Below, piece by piece: positions 1-14,200 of a DNA stretch of 64,000 bases. The notes under the pieces were generated by a model. It ran no database searches and was not told where the DNA came from. It saw nothing but the letters and a program-made list of their open reading frames with translations. Origin of the DNA: Trichosphaerium sp. ATCC 40318. Its lineage: Eukaryota; Protista; Tubulinea. How positions within the stretch are numbered: position 1 is the stretch's first letter; each line of letters begins with the position of its first letter. The stretch spans positions 62,001 through 126,000 of the forward strand of contig JALMLS010000255.1 in the NCBI GenBank assembly GCA_038496445.1, given 5' to 3'. Position numbers and translations under genes: made by a program.

Positions 1-1113
1 TCAACTTGTTTATCACATGCGCATGTTTTACCGGAATCATCTAACACGTTGAGTTAATAATAATCTTCTTTAACAATAGTCACGTACTTGATCCGTACAC
101 AAGTGTAGAATTACTTTGTATTGGAAGCACTGGAGCAGCTAAAAGGCGGTATCCTCTGAAATGTTATCAGACAAATGTGGCATTTTTTCTTGTTTTTTTC
201 TTACTTATAATCAATAGTAATGAGTAGTGGTACTCGAAGTTTCTTCAATTTAGAATTCTTTAGTACCACCTTTCTATACGCTTCTAACCCGTGAAGCTCT
301 AAATTCGCTTTTTGTTCAAATGTCAGACAGGGAAATCTTTTAATTAATAAAATCGTACAAACTTTTTTTGCAAACTCATCGCTTCCATAAAGACCGTGGT
401 TATCAATACAGAATTTAAAAAATATACCGTCTACCTAATAAAATAGTTTAATAGAATGTATTTATGCGATAAAATGGCATACAATATATTTCTCACCACC
501 AGCAATACCACCTAATCAAAAACTTAAAATGAAATAAAGTTCTTTGAACCTTACCAATTTTAACAGGTTGTATGGTTCTTGAATGCATTGGTAATTTACA
601 TTCGTTGATTATACGGCGACCTATGCCAGTGGCCTTTGCTGTAAAGTCTTTCACAATAGACGTTATATCACTGAACTGTGAATTATCAACAGCACGTTGA
701 AACTTTTCGTTCCATTTCGGATCCATAGCTAAGAAATTAGCATTTTGCTAGCTTATTTTCTGGTGGTGTTACAAAACACACGCACTGTTGATATCCTTCA
801 ATTCAGGCTCCTTTATATCAATTAATTCCTCAGGTTTATCCATTTCATCACTATGTGGTGTCACTGCGCCGTATATTAAATCAGCTTCATCAGTGTTCAC
901 ATCAATATAAATAGAAGCTTCATCTTCCTCTTCAGAATTTGCATCGTAGGCCGTTGCTAGTCCATACACAGTGTCTGAACTATGTGCGTATTGTGGATAG
1001 CCCGCAGTACCTTCGTAGGCGTAAGGGTCGCCCAACTTTGGTGCCGTATACGCGTATGAATTCATTGAACCTTCCGCGTAAGAGTATTCTGAACTCATTC
1101 TGGCAATATACAT
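1..1113 (-). CDS. CLU (clustered mitochondria/Clu-central) domain protein, 5' part; runs off window start
   Basis: Spliced exons read WNEKFQ...KDFTAKATGIGRRIINE...TIQPVKIG|GIAGGEKY|...GIFFKF...HGLYG...LITIDY|RGYRLLAAPVLPI...TLVYGS, matching the paralog at 30041-31400 motif for motif. Confidence 0.7.
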
Positions 1114-2189
1114 CTGAAGAAACCAAATTAGGATGAAACGGCTACTATTCGCTTATACGTTTGTGCTCTCGTCGGTCAGTACTGTACTTAACTGGCTAGC
1201 GCCCTTTTCGTCATTTTGATCATTCTCGTACACCCAAGGCATCAAAAACCAATTATACAGACCTGTTTTTGGCCCTTTACGCTTGCGAGGCTTTCTGGGC
1301 GGAATAAATCGCATTATTAAATAGATTAGCGCCCAAAGACTTTATTATCAAACAACGAAGCGCAACAACTCGCTCAGTGGTAACACCGACAACCGTTTGT
1401 GTTTTAGGCCTAGTTAAGTGGTATTTTTTAAGTTAGTCCGATTTTGGAGTGTGAAACTATCTCATTACTACAATCGCAACCGGATTTAGAGAGAGCAACC
1501 TTGATGTACCCTAATGAAGCATATATTAATGCCAGAAACTGCTCACTTATCGATATTTTCGCTGTGAAATTCGGCAAGAGCATTCTCTAAGTAAATGCAA
1601 AGTCATGGTCTGCCAGGATAGAATGACTTGGAAGAGATAAACACTTACTCGTGTATTGCGTTAGAGCCACCGAGACGTTGATCTTCCTCCAAACCGCGGT
1701 CCTGTTCTCTCTGTTGTTCATACAAAAGCCCTTCATAAAACTCTTCAAAATAGAACAGAAACTCGATATCGAGCTTTTAAACTAAATTTCGTATTTAGAA
1801 AGTGACAAGCTACCGTATCGAGGCCACGCTGAGAGGTTTCTAAAACAGGTTTGCCACCATATTATTGTTTGGATTGCTATTGTTCGAATTGCATGTTGTA
1901 CTCCATGAGTTGTAAATGAACAAAGTACATGTACTAGTAGCTTTGAACAACACCACAGTAGAGCTGTTACATTTGCAGTTTAGCAATAAATGAGATCAAG
2001 AATGTGTCAAGGCTTACTATGCACACAATTTGGAGGTTTTTGAGTCAAATAACAAGGATGGAATCGTTGCTTGGACACCTTATTGTCGTTTCATTTTTGT
2101 GTACTTGTCGATTTTTAGAATTTTTATTTGTAGCTGTTATAGGCTTTGGTATGTGGATCATGGCTAGAGTACTATTTAAGTAGTGGTTA

Positions 2190-2565
2190 AGTAGCGTTTT
2201 AATAGCACTATCCAATTTGTAGTGCACGCTCAGGCGGGTAAAAAATAAGTAATCACTTAGTTGCACGTTTAACGACACATAACGTTGCCGAAACGGTTCT
2301 CAATGCACGAAAACAGCTATCACAAGGGTTTATGGCCATTTCAAAAGCGCATTATCCATATTTGAGTATTTATACTAGATGCTTCAGTGAAGTGGCGACT
2401 ATACAGCTAGAAAAAGAAGTTCTCGTTTAGTTGCACGTTTTTTGAATCAAAACTTTGCCCCTAAGGTTTTTACATGTGTAACAAGCTTACACAAGCCTTT
2501 AGTAGCGTTTTGAAATGTGCATTATCCATATTTGAGTATTTACAGTAGAATTTTCAGTGAAGTGC
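2190..2565. repeat. Degenerate tandem repeat, about 170-bp period, two clear copies plus a partial third
   Basis: ttagttgcacgttt at ~2257 and ~2427; gcattatccatatttgagtattta...ttcagtgaagtg at ~2349 and ~2519. Confidence 0.7.
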
Positions 2566-3292
2566 AGTCTGTATCCCACAATTTATTTCTGAGTAGCTTT
2601 TATGGGTATAAAATGAAACGAAAATAGTTAGTAAATTGTAGTAGTTGCAGTGTGTGCACCACGCGTGGGGCTTCCTAGCCATTTGGTCGAAAACATTTAA
2701 GGGAGTCCTCCGTCTAGCTTAGTGGGTGTATGCATTGCGAGGTGGAATTGACAAAGTTCCATCTTAATCCGACGTAGTGTGAAAGCTTGAATCGTTACAT
2801 TAGCCAGCATGTCCTCGTAAGTAGCACGTAATTAACTTAGGAACTCGGTCTGGGCCAAGAAAATTATAAGGTCCGATATAGAGGTGAGTTCTGCCGTTAG
2901 GGAAAAGCTCTATATAAACTTTGACTAGGCGCTGCATAGCAGCCTATGATCGTTCTTTTTGTTTGTGTGAACAACGTGGATAGTAAGACTATTTACCAGT
3001 TGACCTTTGCTTAGACGCTATCATTTATGCCAGTATGCGTTGTGAGGTAATCATAAGTACAGCGTCTATACCTCATGTTCCCAAACACCTATTTTTAGAT
3101 AAAATAAAAATATCACGTTTCGCATCAGTATCTCGGCCAATCACGCCCGACTTTCACTAACACAGAACGTAGTGCTAGTATTACTTCACGTTGACATGTT
3201 CGTATTAAACTCTTTCACTCACTTCTCTTTTATCACCAAACACGTGGTCAACGTTTCTCCAATTACATTGATTTACAACATACGGCACTCTA

Positions 3293-5491
3293 ATGTTGAG
3301 CAGACAGAAGGTGTATGGTATTCTTGCGTTCTGCGCCGTTTCTATCGTAATACTGGCGTACAACGGTAGCGAACACGTTAAAGTTGTTATTAAATACGCA
3401 ACAGAAGTACGCCTGATTAATACTCTTATACCCAACCACGTCTACGCTCTAAAGGCAATCTCAAGGATGTATATAACTCAAAGTCATCTGATTGTACAAC
3501 AAACTCAACAGAAACACTTGTTACGCTGCCGCCATTCGTAAAACAAGATATAAACGAAGTTGTGTATTTTATAGTGTAAATTATTATCTAAAAGTGTTGA
3601 TAGGATTACGAGTATACAAAAGGAGAAAAAGAGCTTAGGGAGCGCGTCGGGCGTGAAGGCACGTGCACAACATTTTACGAAACAACTTTTTTCTTTCGAC
3701 ACGCCCAACCACGGGGTGAAACCGCTTAACTAAGAACGACGTCGTTTTGAAAATCTTTTCGTGCACGTGTGAGCTATTTGCTTTTTTTTTACATTTTCGT
3801 AGGTATCATATGTTTTGTATCGAAACCCAGGCGCATGTCCTTCAATGTATGTATCGTACACGAGCTTCACGTGTACAACGGGGAATTTTACTATACGAGA
3901 CCAAGCCCAAAAGTTGATGACATGTTTAATTCTACAAACCCAAATGTCACATTCTTATTGACCGCTCCAAACCTCTCCAAGCCTTCTCATACATTAATTT
4001 ATAAACACCGTGATGATTTCGATTCCGAGGTTGACTATGAGGTACGAGAATAAACAAAAATGTCAAACACTAAAAAGGTGTTTGTAGTTTCCAGAAAATC
4101 AATTCACGTTTCTTGTTGGCACGATGCTTCCGAATATTTATCATCTAATACATGGCACTATGGTTGGTTTATACCAAATTTTAGATAAGTGGGGTATAGC
4201 TGATGCAAGAATCGGGACTTTGCAAACATTTGATTGGCCTAAAAATCCACCAAGAAAAAATGCTCAAGCACTGTACAAAGACTGGTTCGAAACAACATTG
4301 GGTCGTCCACACATTTACTTGGGTGAACTTAATAAGAATTACACAAATACACATGTACGTATACCATACGCTATCGTAGGATTTCAGAACGAACAATCAT
4401 TTCCAAGAGAACATACAGTCAAACTTGCGTACGGAGATAAATAATCCAATTTTTTAGTTTGACACCTTTAGACGTATGATCGCTAAAAGGCATGGCATTG
4501 ATTTACAAGCTGCTCATAATAAAACACATACAGGTATTAAAAAGGTTACATTATGGAAGAGAGGGTTCAGTGCTGGTAGAAACTCAAAAGCTCCTCCAAG
4601 ACATATTACGAATTTTGATAAAGTTGAAGAAATGATGCGTTCTATCCCTGATATTGATTTACAAGTTTATATATCCACTAATAAGACTGTATATGAACAA
4701 ATACAACAAATCAAGGATACAGATTTGTTGATAAAAGCATATGGAGCTGGTTCAATGAATGTCTTATGGTTGAGACCAGGTGCAGCTTTTATTGAAGTTA
4801 TGAACAAAGAAGGTCATTATGGTGATTGGTATACTTATGAAAAACTTACACAAACATTGTCAGCACGATATTTCAACCATCTTACAACTAAAACGGCACG
4901 TGACTTTATTTCTGATCAGACCAACGACGCTTGTTCATATAGACTTTTTTTTTTTTTTTCTTGCCATGACTTGACAAATGTCAGGTTTGCGAGAAGGTGA
5001 CTGTGGTATAAACACTATAAAAGGTAGAACAATGTATTAACACAGCATTAGAATGCTGCTATAAGCTTTTTAGCTAGTTGCCGTGTCTATCTGTGACGTT
5101 TTTTTCTGTTTCCCGAAAGGCATGCAGAAAACCTTGAAATAGAATGTTACCACTTTGAGTCACACCTTCTCGTGAATCTAGACATACCACCTCATACAAA
5201 AAATACACGTGGACTTTCCCCAATTTATGAGGTGACAATACTGATGAATGTATTGTTTAGGTGTTTACTAACGACCATTTCTATTGCAACAATCCAAGAC
5301 AAGGAGATGATTTTGATAAATGTTTAGCTGGAAAACTAAACTCATGTTGTGCACTATGGTACAACGATCACCCAATAACAGCAGATATAGATGAATTGAA
5401 AAAAACAGTATTAATGGCTCTTGACAGTACCTATGAACCTAAATGTCATTCTGAAAAAGGAAGGGTAGACAATATCCTAATATGCGAATAA
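3293..5491 (+). CDS. Glycosyltransferase family 61-like type II membrane protein (multi-exon)
   Basis: N-terminal signal anchor; RHITNFDKV, EQIQQIKDTDLLIKAYGAGSMNVLWLRPGAAFIEV resembles the GT61 HGAGLTN..F..PG...IE motif. Confidence 0.7.
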
Positions 5492-6052
5492 AAAAAAGAT
5501 AATATCAGTTTTGCACATGCCATGATGCTAAAATGTTCTGTACAAGCAATAAATCTTGTATTTATTGTACAAGGACTTAATACGAAATTTTTATAAGCTC
5601 TTTTCTTAGTCCGTGCAATACTAATTACAATACCAGCTAAACTAAAAACTGTATGGACGTAGTTCAATAAGCAAATACTTGGGATTTTGCGAAAACTCTA
5701 TGTGGTCCACGTCGTAACTTTCACCATTCACAAAAGCATGAATGTGATTCCCTCCCATTGACCACTACGGTTTTCTTGTTTCTGATGCAACTAAGAATGA
5801 TCTAGCTTATACTATCTCTAACGCTGACGAACTACTTTTTATGAAATAGGTATTGACCAAAGTACCTCAGTCCTTAATTGGATCGTACGTAAGTCACGGC
5901 AGGGTTAGCCGTGTACCCTTCCCAATGGGAGCAAGATACGACTCTTACATGGTTAGGTAGTCTGAGTTAACCCACTGCTGTCCTTTCGGGAGAGCGAAAT
6001 CTACTCCGTCTCGCTTAACCAATTAAGTAACATTATTTGTACAGTCAGCACC

Positions 6053-7558
6053 ATGAAGCGGTATCGGTTTCAAAAATTAGATGCCGATAAAGACGCCCAG
6101 ACAGTTGACCAAACGCCTAATGACAAAAAACAGCGCCAAACTAGCTATTCAAGACTAAAAATTATTATTATCTCTACACTTGTGCTAGGCTTTTTGTTTT
6201 CAGTATACACAAGCACGTTATGACAAAGATTGTCGCTTTTTATGTTTTGCCAATTTTAGCGGTCTTCTCCGTTCTTCTAAACATCGTTAGTCGGTACATA
6301 TATGCTTATGTATAAGTATCCTCATCTTGCATCTGATGACTTTGTGCCAACATCTCACACTATCCATTTCAAAGGACTTGATGAATCATTGCGAGGATTA
6401 AAATTCGTTCAGCTGACTGACATACACTACCAAGGACATTATACAGACAGAGCCGGCGTTAGAGATGAAGTAATGGAAAAAGGTTAGCAGTATAGTCCTT
6501 ATAACAATGCTATTAAAACGTGACTTCCATGCGAAGAACATTGCTTTCATTTTTCATTCTACTTCTCCGAGTTAAAAGTAGTTTAGTTGTAAAGGCAGTA
6601 AACGAAGCGAATGTTGATTTAGTACTACTCACTGGGGACTATGTTGATTATCACCCTGATGCTATGAATGCGTTAACTGAAAAGTACCTTTCGAAGCTAA
6701 CATCAAAATACGGTACCGACAACATTTTTTTTTTTCGGGTTCTTAATGGCAATCTTGCAGGAACGTTCGCTATACTAGGAAACCATGATTTTGAGTACCA
6801 CAACTCCCTTCGTTATGTTACAAACGCTCTTAAGAAAGGTGGTATAACTCTATTGCGTCATAGTCACGTGTATCCAATAGAAGGAAACAGAATGTTTCAG
6901 TTGGTAGGCTTAGGCGATTTATGGAGAGATACAAAATTACACTCTACAATGTCATCTCTCCCAAAACCAAACAATGAATCCTCTGAAACAAAGCAATTCC
7001 GTCTTGTTCTATCACATAACCCAGGTACGATAACAAACAGCGAACAGCCTACAGAATTTCTTAGAAGAAAAAGTCAGGTGGCAATTTTGCCGACCTCTTG
7101 TTTATCGTAATTTCCAATACCATTCACCTTCATCTCATTGACTTCAATTAGATTCTGCAGAAGATTTAAAAAAGTACAGGTGCGATGTAATCTTATCAGG
7201 ACACACTCACGGTGCTGATCATTGTCTTCCGCCTATAATAAGACATGCTATACCAATTGTTGCGAAACCTTACTTTCCTGGGTTTATAAAGAGGCTTTTA
7301 ATGCCTCATGGTTCTTCAACTCTTTTGAATGTTGTAAAGAATTATGAATGGAGCAAAGGATGGAGCAAGATTGCAAGGTACATATTATGCGTTGTCTAAA
7401 GGTCTCTTAATTTTCTTTTAAGGTCTAATGGTAGTGGCTTTAATTGGTTGTACACGAGTACTGGCCTTACCTCACGACCTGCAAGATGGTTTTGTAAAGC
7501 AGACCTTGCATTCTTTACCTTAGAAAGAGCAAAGGCAGAAACATGGGTGGAATATTAA
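6053..7558 (+). CDS. Calcineurin-like metallophosphoesterase (YkuE-like), membrane anchored
   Basis: Motifs TDIH, TGDYVD, LGNHD, LSHNP, SGHTHG across exons. Confidence 0.85.
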
Positions 7559-8249
7559 AAAAAATTCAACATCGCATTGATTGTAGTGTCAAGAGAGTGC
7601 CAACTCACATTGGCTCTAAAAGTGCTTCAATGCTGTTGAGTAAGGGCGGTTTAAGGGGAAAATTGGCCTACAACAATGTTGGTTAAGAGCAGTATCATAC
7701 ATGCCGCCGGACTTAGCAAAATACCTTATTTTCTAGCTTCACGTTTGACATCAGAACATGGTCTGTGATCTTTTGTCATGCCTTATTATTACATTCGTCT
7801 TTGAATTGTATGAGTAGCCTTAAATTATGAACGCCAAAAAATGTTTTTGCCTTCCTCTGACTAAGGTAAACTGAATGCCAGCAGCGCGTAGAATGTTGCA
7901 TTTCTTTTATAATACTAAATAACAATTTCGTTTCTCACTCAATGATCAACAATAAGACACCATTAGTTGTACTTACCAGCGTACAAGATACTACACATTA
8001 GAGGCTGAGATTCAGCTAACTTATTTGACCAAGATTCGGCCTAAGTTGTTTTAGATCTGTGCATTTAATTAAAACTAGTGTTCAAATTAGTGCAAGCGAA
8101 ACATCTGCAAGTCACATTAGCAATAAGTGCTTAAAGCTGTGAGCAAGGGCGGTGTACTGCCTGCAAATTGTAAAAAGATATCACAGGTTACTTAACTCAA
8201 ATAGAAAGTTCTTTTCCATTTTCCACCCATATTTGTCACGTGGTAACGA

Positions 8250-11230
8250 ATGGCTATCATTCTAAAGTACTTATAACGCTTTATGGCGTAACTAAATTAA
8301 TTATTCGCCATTGCTGATACACTATGTAGGGTTAACGCCGTTTTAACCGTTTTTCTGTTAGCACTCTGTGTTATAGCGTCTGCGATACCAAATTACCACG
8401 CCTGCACTGATGCGGTATCAAAGGGATTGGCTTACTGTAATACATCTCTTTCAACTGACGAACGACTCTCTTTTTTCACCAAGACGTTAACTCTGGATGA
8501 GAAGGTTACATTTTTGACTTCTGCACCTGGCATCAAGTCTTGTCCTGTGTTAACCGCTGGTATCGAAAGAATACACCTACCACCGTATATGTGGCTTACA
8601 GAAACAAACACAGGAACGTTTTAATCGTATTTTTTTTCAAAAGCACGTGATACGAACCGACAATTTGTTTGAAAAGTTTTTTCTTTTTAATTATTTTCTT
8701 TAGGCGTGTCATCGCAGTGCTTATCACGTACTCAATGCGCTACAACGTTTATAGGACCGATGGGTTTAGGTAGGCCTATTTTTTCTAGTAGAATTGTTTT
8801 TGTGACATGTCGTAGGCGCTTCTTTCAATAGGAGTTCTTGGTATGCGAAAGGAGATGTTATTAGCACAGGTAAACATTTCCACCAACTTTTCCAATGCAG
8901 ATTATTCGTCGTAAATTTCTTTTTCACTTTTTTTTTTTGGATTGTTTTTTGGTTGTTTACACTTCTAATCTTTCAAATACTCCTTTGTTTATCTGTCACT
9001 CCCAATAAATACGTTTACTTCGTATATAAAACAGTAGTTCAAGTTTCAAAGCAAGGCTTTTTTAACGCAAAGAACGAGACTTGTTTTTTTTTTCTTTTCC
9101 AACTTTAATTGACTTTTGGCGTAGAGATGCGCGCTTTTAATAACCATGGTGGCATCCGAGTTGGCGGAGGAGGCCCTTGGCTAATTGGACTTGATGGATT
9201 TGGTCCAAATATAAACATAGCACGTGATCCAAGATTCGGAAGAACTTCAGAGTTGCCTTCGGAAGATCCTTTCCTTTCAGGTAGCTATGCTACAGAATAC
9301 GTTTCTGGTATACAACAAGTGGATTCAAAAGGTGCGCAATAATCACGTGACTACCCTGAAGGTTTGTTATCTAAACAAAGAATTTAGGTTACATCAAGAT
9401 GCTCGCTTACTTGAAGCACTTCACAGCTTATTCTGAAGAAACGGGCCGAATGCACAGTAACCACAACATATCTTTGTATGACTTTTGGGACACTTACCTA
9501 CCTGCTTATGAAATGGCCATGACAAAAGGTCGTGCTAGTGGCGTTATGTGTAGTTATAACGGAGAAAATGGTCGTCCTAGTTGCGCAAATGATTACCTTT
9601 TAGATCAAGTGCTAAGAAAAAAATGGAAGAGTCCTGATGCTCTTGTAATGACCGATTGTGGAGTAATACGTAATCTTCGAGGAGACCCTGCCAACGCTCC
9701 TTCATACGAGGCTGCTGTGGCATGGGCCATAAACAATGGAACAGATATTGAAGCTGGCACCGCTTTTTATCAAACATACCTTCCGCAAGCAATTAAAGCA
9801 GGTTTGACTACAGAAGACGCTGTTGACACGTCTATTACACGTGCCATGCGACAACATATGGCAGCAGGTAGATTCGACCCTGTTGATAGTGTATCTTGGA
9901 CAAAAATACCAGCAGATGCTATTGGATCAGATGCTCATACACAAGTCAACTATGAAGCCGCTCTTCAATCGTTTGTTTTATTGAAAAACGAAAAAAATAT
10001 CATCCCATTAAAAGCAGCAACGAATATCGCTGTTGTAGGTCCTCAAGGTGTTGCTCAATATGGACTATTATCTGATTACTTTGGCGATAGAGTCTGTTAC
10101 TCACCTCCAGGTTCTGCAGCTACGTTTGACTGTATTCCAACAATCGGTGGGGAGATCTCAAAAGCTAACAAAAATGGTAAAACATATGTTGAAAAAGGCG
10201 TCGATGTGAAGTCAACCAACTCTTCCGGAATCGAGGCTGCGCTTGATGCAGCTAGGAAATCTGACGTTGTAGTTTTGGTTCTAGGTATTGACAGAACAAT
10301 TGAGCATGAAGGTAGGGATAGAGAGACAATAACATTACCTGGTTTGCAAGAAGATTTCGCGAACAAGGTATTCGGACTAGGAAAACCTACTGTTCTCGTT
10401 CTTGTTAATGGCGGTGTTCTTGGTATTGATGACTTGATATCTAAAGCGGATGTTATTATTGAAGCCTTTAATCCTGCTCTAGAAGGTGCAAGAGCTCTAG
10501 CAGATACCCTTTTCGGTAAGACTTCAAGTTCAACAAAAAATTTGTTCAAAAGAATTTTTTCTTTTTTATGTTTTACAAGCATAGCCTTTTGATTTTGTTT
10601 TTGTCTTTCCACATCTTCAATGATTGAGAAATTTATAATCTCCATAACAAAAAAACGGTTCAAAACGATGGATTTTAAGAGCTAATCAAAGAAAGCAATC
10701 AAAAGTCTAATTTCTTGTTTGTAGGGCATCAAAACCGTTGGGGTAAATTACCTGTTACTATGTATCCTGCTGATTATATCAATCAAGTCGACATACTGAA
10801 CTTTGATATGAGTAAAGCTCCTGGTAGGACTTATAGGTACTACACAGGTAAAACTTTATTCCCATTTGGGTTCGGATTAAGTATGACAACATTCAACCTT
10901 ACGGTACAACAAACGGAGAAGCTCGAGTTTTCTTGTACTGTACATAACATCGGAGATATGGATGGTGATGAAGTTATTATGGTTTACCACGAAGTAGCGG
11001 AGGGTATCCGTAGAAGAGCAACCCATCCTGTACCTCTGAAGGCTTTAGTTGGTTTTGATAGGGTGACAGTTAGAAGAGGATCAAGTGGAAGTGTTAAGTT
11101 TACTTTTGAAGAAGATGTACTCTCACTTGTTAATGCAAAAGGTGATAAGGTGTTGTATGAAGGTGACCACAATTTAGTTTTCTCAAGAGGATATGGCACA
11201 GATGTTGTTGTAACCCTACATTACCCTTAA
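8250..11230 (+). CDS. Secreted GH3 beta-xylosidase/beta-glucosidase
   Basis: Signal peptide; PNINIARDPRFGRTSELPSEDP, KHF, MCSYN, TDC nucleophile, EHEGRDR, GKLPVTMY, GRTYRYY, FPFGFGLS, Fn3-like tail. Confidence 0.92.
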
Positions 11231-11286
11231 AACAAACTGCATATCTCTAATCTGCACACCGAAATAAATAGTTTAGAAAAAATTTT

Positions 11287-14200
11287 GCAGACGACTAAAA
11301 TTCTACTAAATGTGCACGAGAATCCACATCAGTGGATTCTCGTGCATTTCTTGGTTTTGGGTTGCTAAAAATATCTTAGATTTCGTTGTTTTTAGCCCAA
11401 AACCCAATCACAAATACAACAACCAATGCTAACACACGAAGTGGAGGTTGGTGACCTCCCTGACTTTTTTCTTCGGCCTACTCTTGGCATACTTCGGGTA
11501 CGAGATTTTATCTAATTAGTGAATCCTAACAAGCGTTTAGTGTCAACTGGAACCGGTTCTGTACGGCACGGTTAACAAGAAACCATACGGTGTTCGCGCT
11601 GGACCAGGCACCAGAAAAATACCAGCACCTGGAGGACCACAGTTCTCCAATCCGCGATTTATTGGAGAGAGGTACCGAGATTTTTATGAGGTACCTGCTG
11701 CAAATTCTCTCTCCAACAGGTTTTTGTGCAAGGAGCGCCTGTGCTGCACTTTAAAAAATGGCTGTGAACCAAAAACCTGCACTGTAAAGGTAACCATCAT
11801 CATTTACTGTGCAAACCAGCACACGGCTGTTGTGTACATTGAAGGTTCACACAGTCCTGGAATGGTTCCTGGTTCACCTTTAACTAAAGTACAGTTTAAA
11901 GTACTTGTATGTCTTTTTTTTTTCTGTACTTACTTTTATTTTTTACTACTTACCTATTTTAGTGTCGGTTGCGTGCTATGGAAGAAGATGAGTTTGGAGT
12001 CACCAATCTTTTTGGTAACCTAAACGCTGGTTCTTTCGTACGCAACACTATTCCAAAAATAAAGCGAGATTTGGTAAACGAAGGCCTCATGACTATGGTG
12101 CAAGCAACAAATTGGCGGATCTCACGCCAAATGGTTGCTACTTGGGGCAGAGCCAATATAACAACAACGAGGTACAAAAAAAAACAATATCAGAAAATAA
12201 TTTTTATTTACATTAATTTTTTTTTAAGTACGGTCACCACAATAGATGAGGTGAATGCGTTTTTGTCAGACAAATCCATGGCACCATTCATTTTATACCC
12301 CAAGCACAAAGAAAACTTTCCTGTAGCCAAAGATGGTAAAGGAAACTTTGTGGTTGTATTCGCAACCACAGAGTCCTTATCCATCCTTGCGCGCTATGGG
12401 TCTGAAATAGTGGGGTTAGATTCAGTGTACAAATTGAATCGGTACGAAAACACGTGGTTTAAATTTTTTGGTTTTTTTTTTGGCGTAAAATGTGTTTGGT
12501 TGAAAAAGAAAAATTAAAAAAACAAAATTGGGGTTTTTTCTGAAAATGTATTACTAATTCGTACCTTTAGTAATAAATACCCCGTGTGGGGTTTGGTATG
12601 TGAAGATGTAACTACTGGTCGCGGTTTCTTGGCTTCCCTGTGTATTGCTTCTTCTTCCCATGAAGAGAACATCACAGCGTTTCTTACTGTGGTAAAGAGA
12701 CGCATTGAAAGTATAAGAGGTAAGTTTTAGAAAATAAAATAAAATCACAACTTAATGCCTTACTTACCTAGTCGCGCATGTACACGTTTGGAGTCCGGTA
12801 GTGATGATAGACAAAGATCCAGCTGAAAGGGCCGCTATAGTGCGCGTCGGCTTTCGCTACATCTTATGCCAATACCACTATCACTCCACATGGCGTCAAA
12901 AGATACGTGAGTTGTTCAGGGTAGAGCATCAGAACGCGTACGGTTTTTTTGGGGTTTGGGGAGATTTTTGTGTTGTGATTTTTTTTTCACAACACAATGC
13001 CGCTAACCATTTTACCAGTGCTATGGACCAGCTTATCAAGTTAGAGCGTGCGACATCCAAAAAACACTTAAACCAATTGAAAAGTGATTTTTTGAGATGG
13101 TGCATCTCAAACTCAAACAATTGGACCACTGATGGAGCAGGTAAAAAGATATCTCCTGCAAACCAACTGTACTTATACTTCGAGAAAAACTGGTACGTTT
13201 TAATAGTTTTTGGTTTTTTTTTGTTTATATTACGTACCTTTAATCCATACGTAGGTTTTCTGCCACTTGGGTTGATTCTTGGACTGATTATGGTCGTTTG
13301 TGCCGTATCGGTCTCTGGAATACAAACAACAAAGTGGAGACACAATGGAGACAGTTTATTAAGGTATATGGTACGTTTACACTTTATCACGTGGTTTTTT
13401 TTTTCCTTTTTTTTAAATCAACATTGCTCGTATTGTCTACACATTGAGTATTCTTCGTGTAGCTATTCTCCATTGAGTATTCTTCGGAGAATTGTACAAA
13501 GCATCTTTGGTTTCTTTTTAGTTCTTTTTGGTCGTTGTTATGGCAAGTTTGTTGACTTTCGTGTACGTAGGCTTTGGTGGCTATCGTTTTGGACTTGCCA
13601 AGTGTTTGCGCATAATGCCTGCGATATTGCAGCAGCACTTGGTTGTACAACGTGACATCGAAGCGACAGACGGCAACATAATCCCAAAATCAAAGGCGCT
13701 GCGAAAGAGAGAAGAATTGGATGCACGTGCTCGCGCTCTTGTACTCGCCGACAGTGTACAAGCTTTGGAACCTCAAACTGGTGAAGATCGGTTTTTTATG
13801 GTTGAATCCGCTACAACTCAAGGTTAGTTTTTGACACGTTTTTGTAAGTATTAACACATCTTTTAGGTTTAAAATATCCAGTGGACATTATTGATGAAAA
13901 GTGTGGTTGTTTCTATTTTGCGCAGCTTGGCAAAATATGCAAACATATCATTGCTGCTAAATTGTTTGTGACGGGCCTAAATACCAGAGACATACGTGAA
14001 GAAGGCACTATTTCTTCTATTCACGGTAAGTATTTGGTTTTTTTTATTATTTTATTTTATTTTTTTTTAGAAGAAGCGGATGTTGCACCTGTGGCCAAAT
14101 TACGCGCAAAAAAACGACCAGTCAAGAAATCTAGAAGACCAGCTCGTATTTTGTATTCTAGTGATGACGAAAGTGAGTCGCAAAGTCAAAGTTCAACGTA

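Noticed and set aside
1490-1740. Small spliced minus-strand ORF (~50 aa)
   Set aside because: Splice-like signals are present but there is no recognisable motif; cannot be supported
2894-2903. Telomerase template or telomeric repeat (TTAGGG)
   Set aside because: Single hexamer, expected by chance
5955-6005. Hammerhead ribozyme or RNase P/MRP
   Set aside because: CGAAA and a stem II-like hairpin are present but the CUGANGA core is missing; an RNase P CR-V-like 12-mer on the minus strand has no upstream CR-I partner
10097-10663. 188-aa minus-strand ORF
   Set aside because: Antisense shadow of the GH3 exon; the same applies to most short overlapping ORFs in the track
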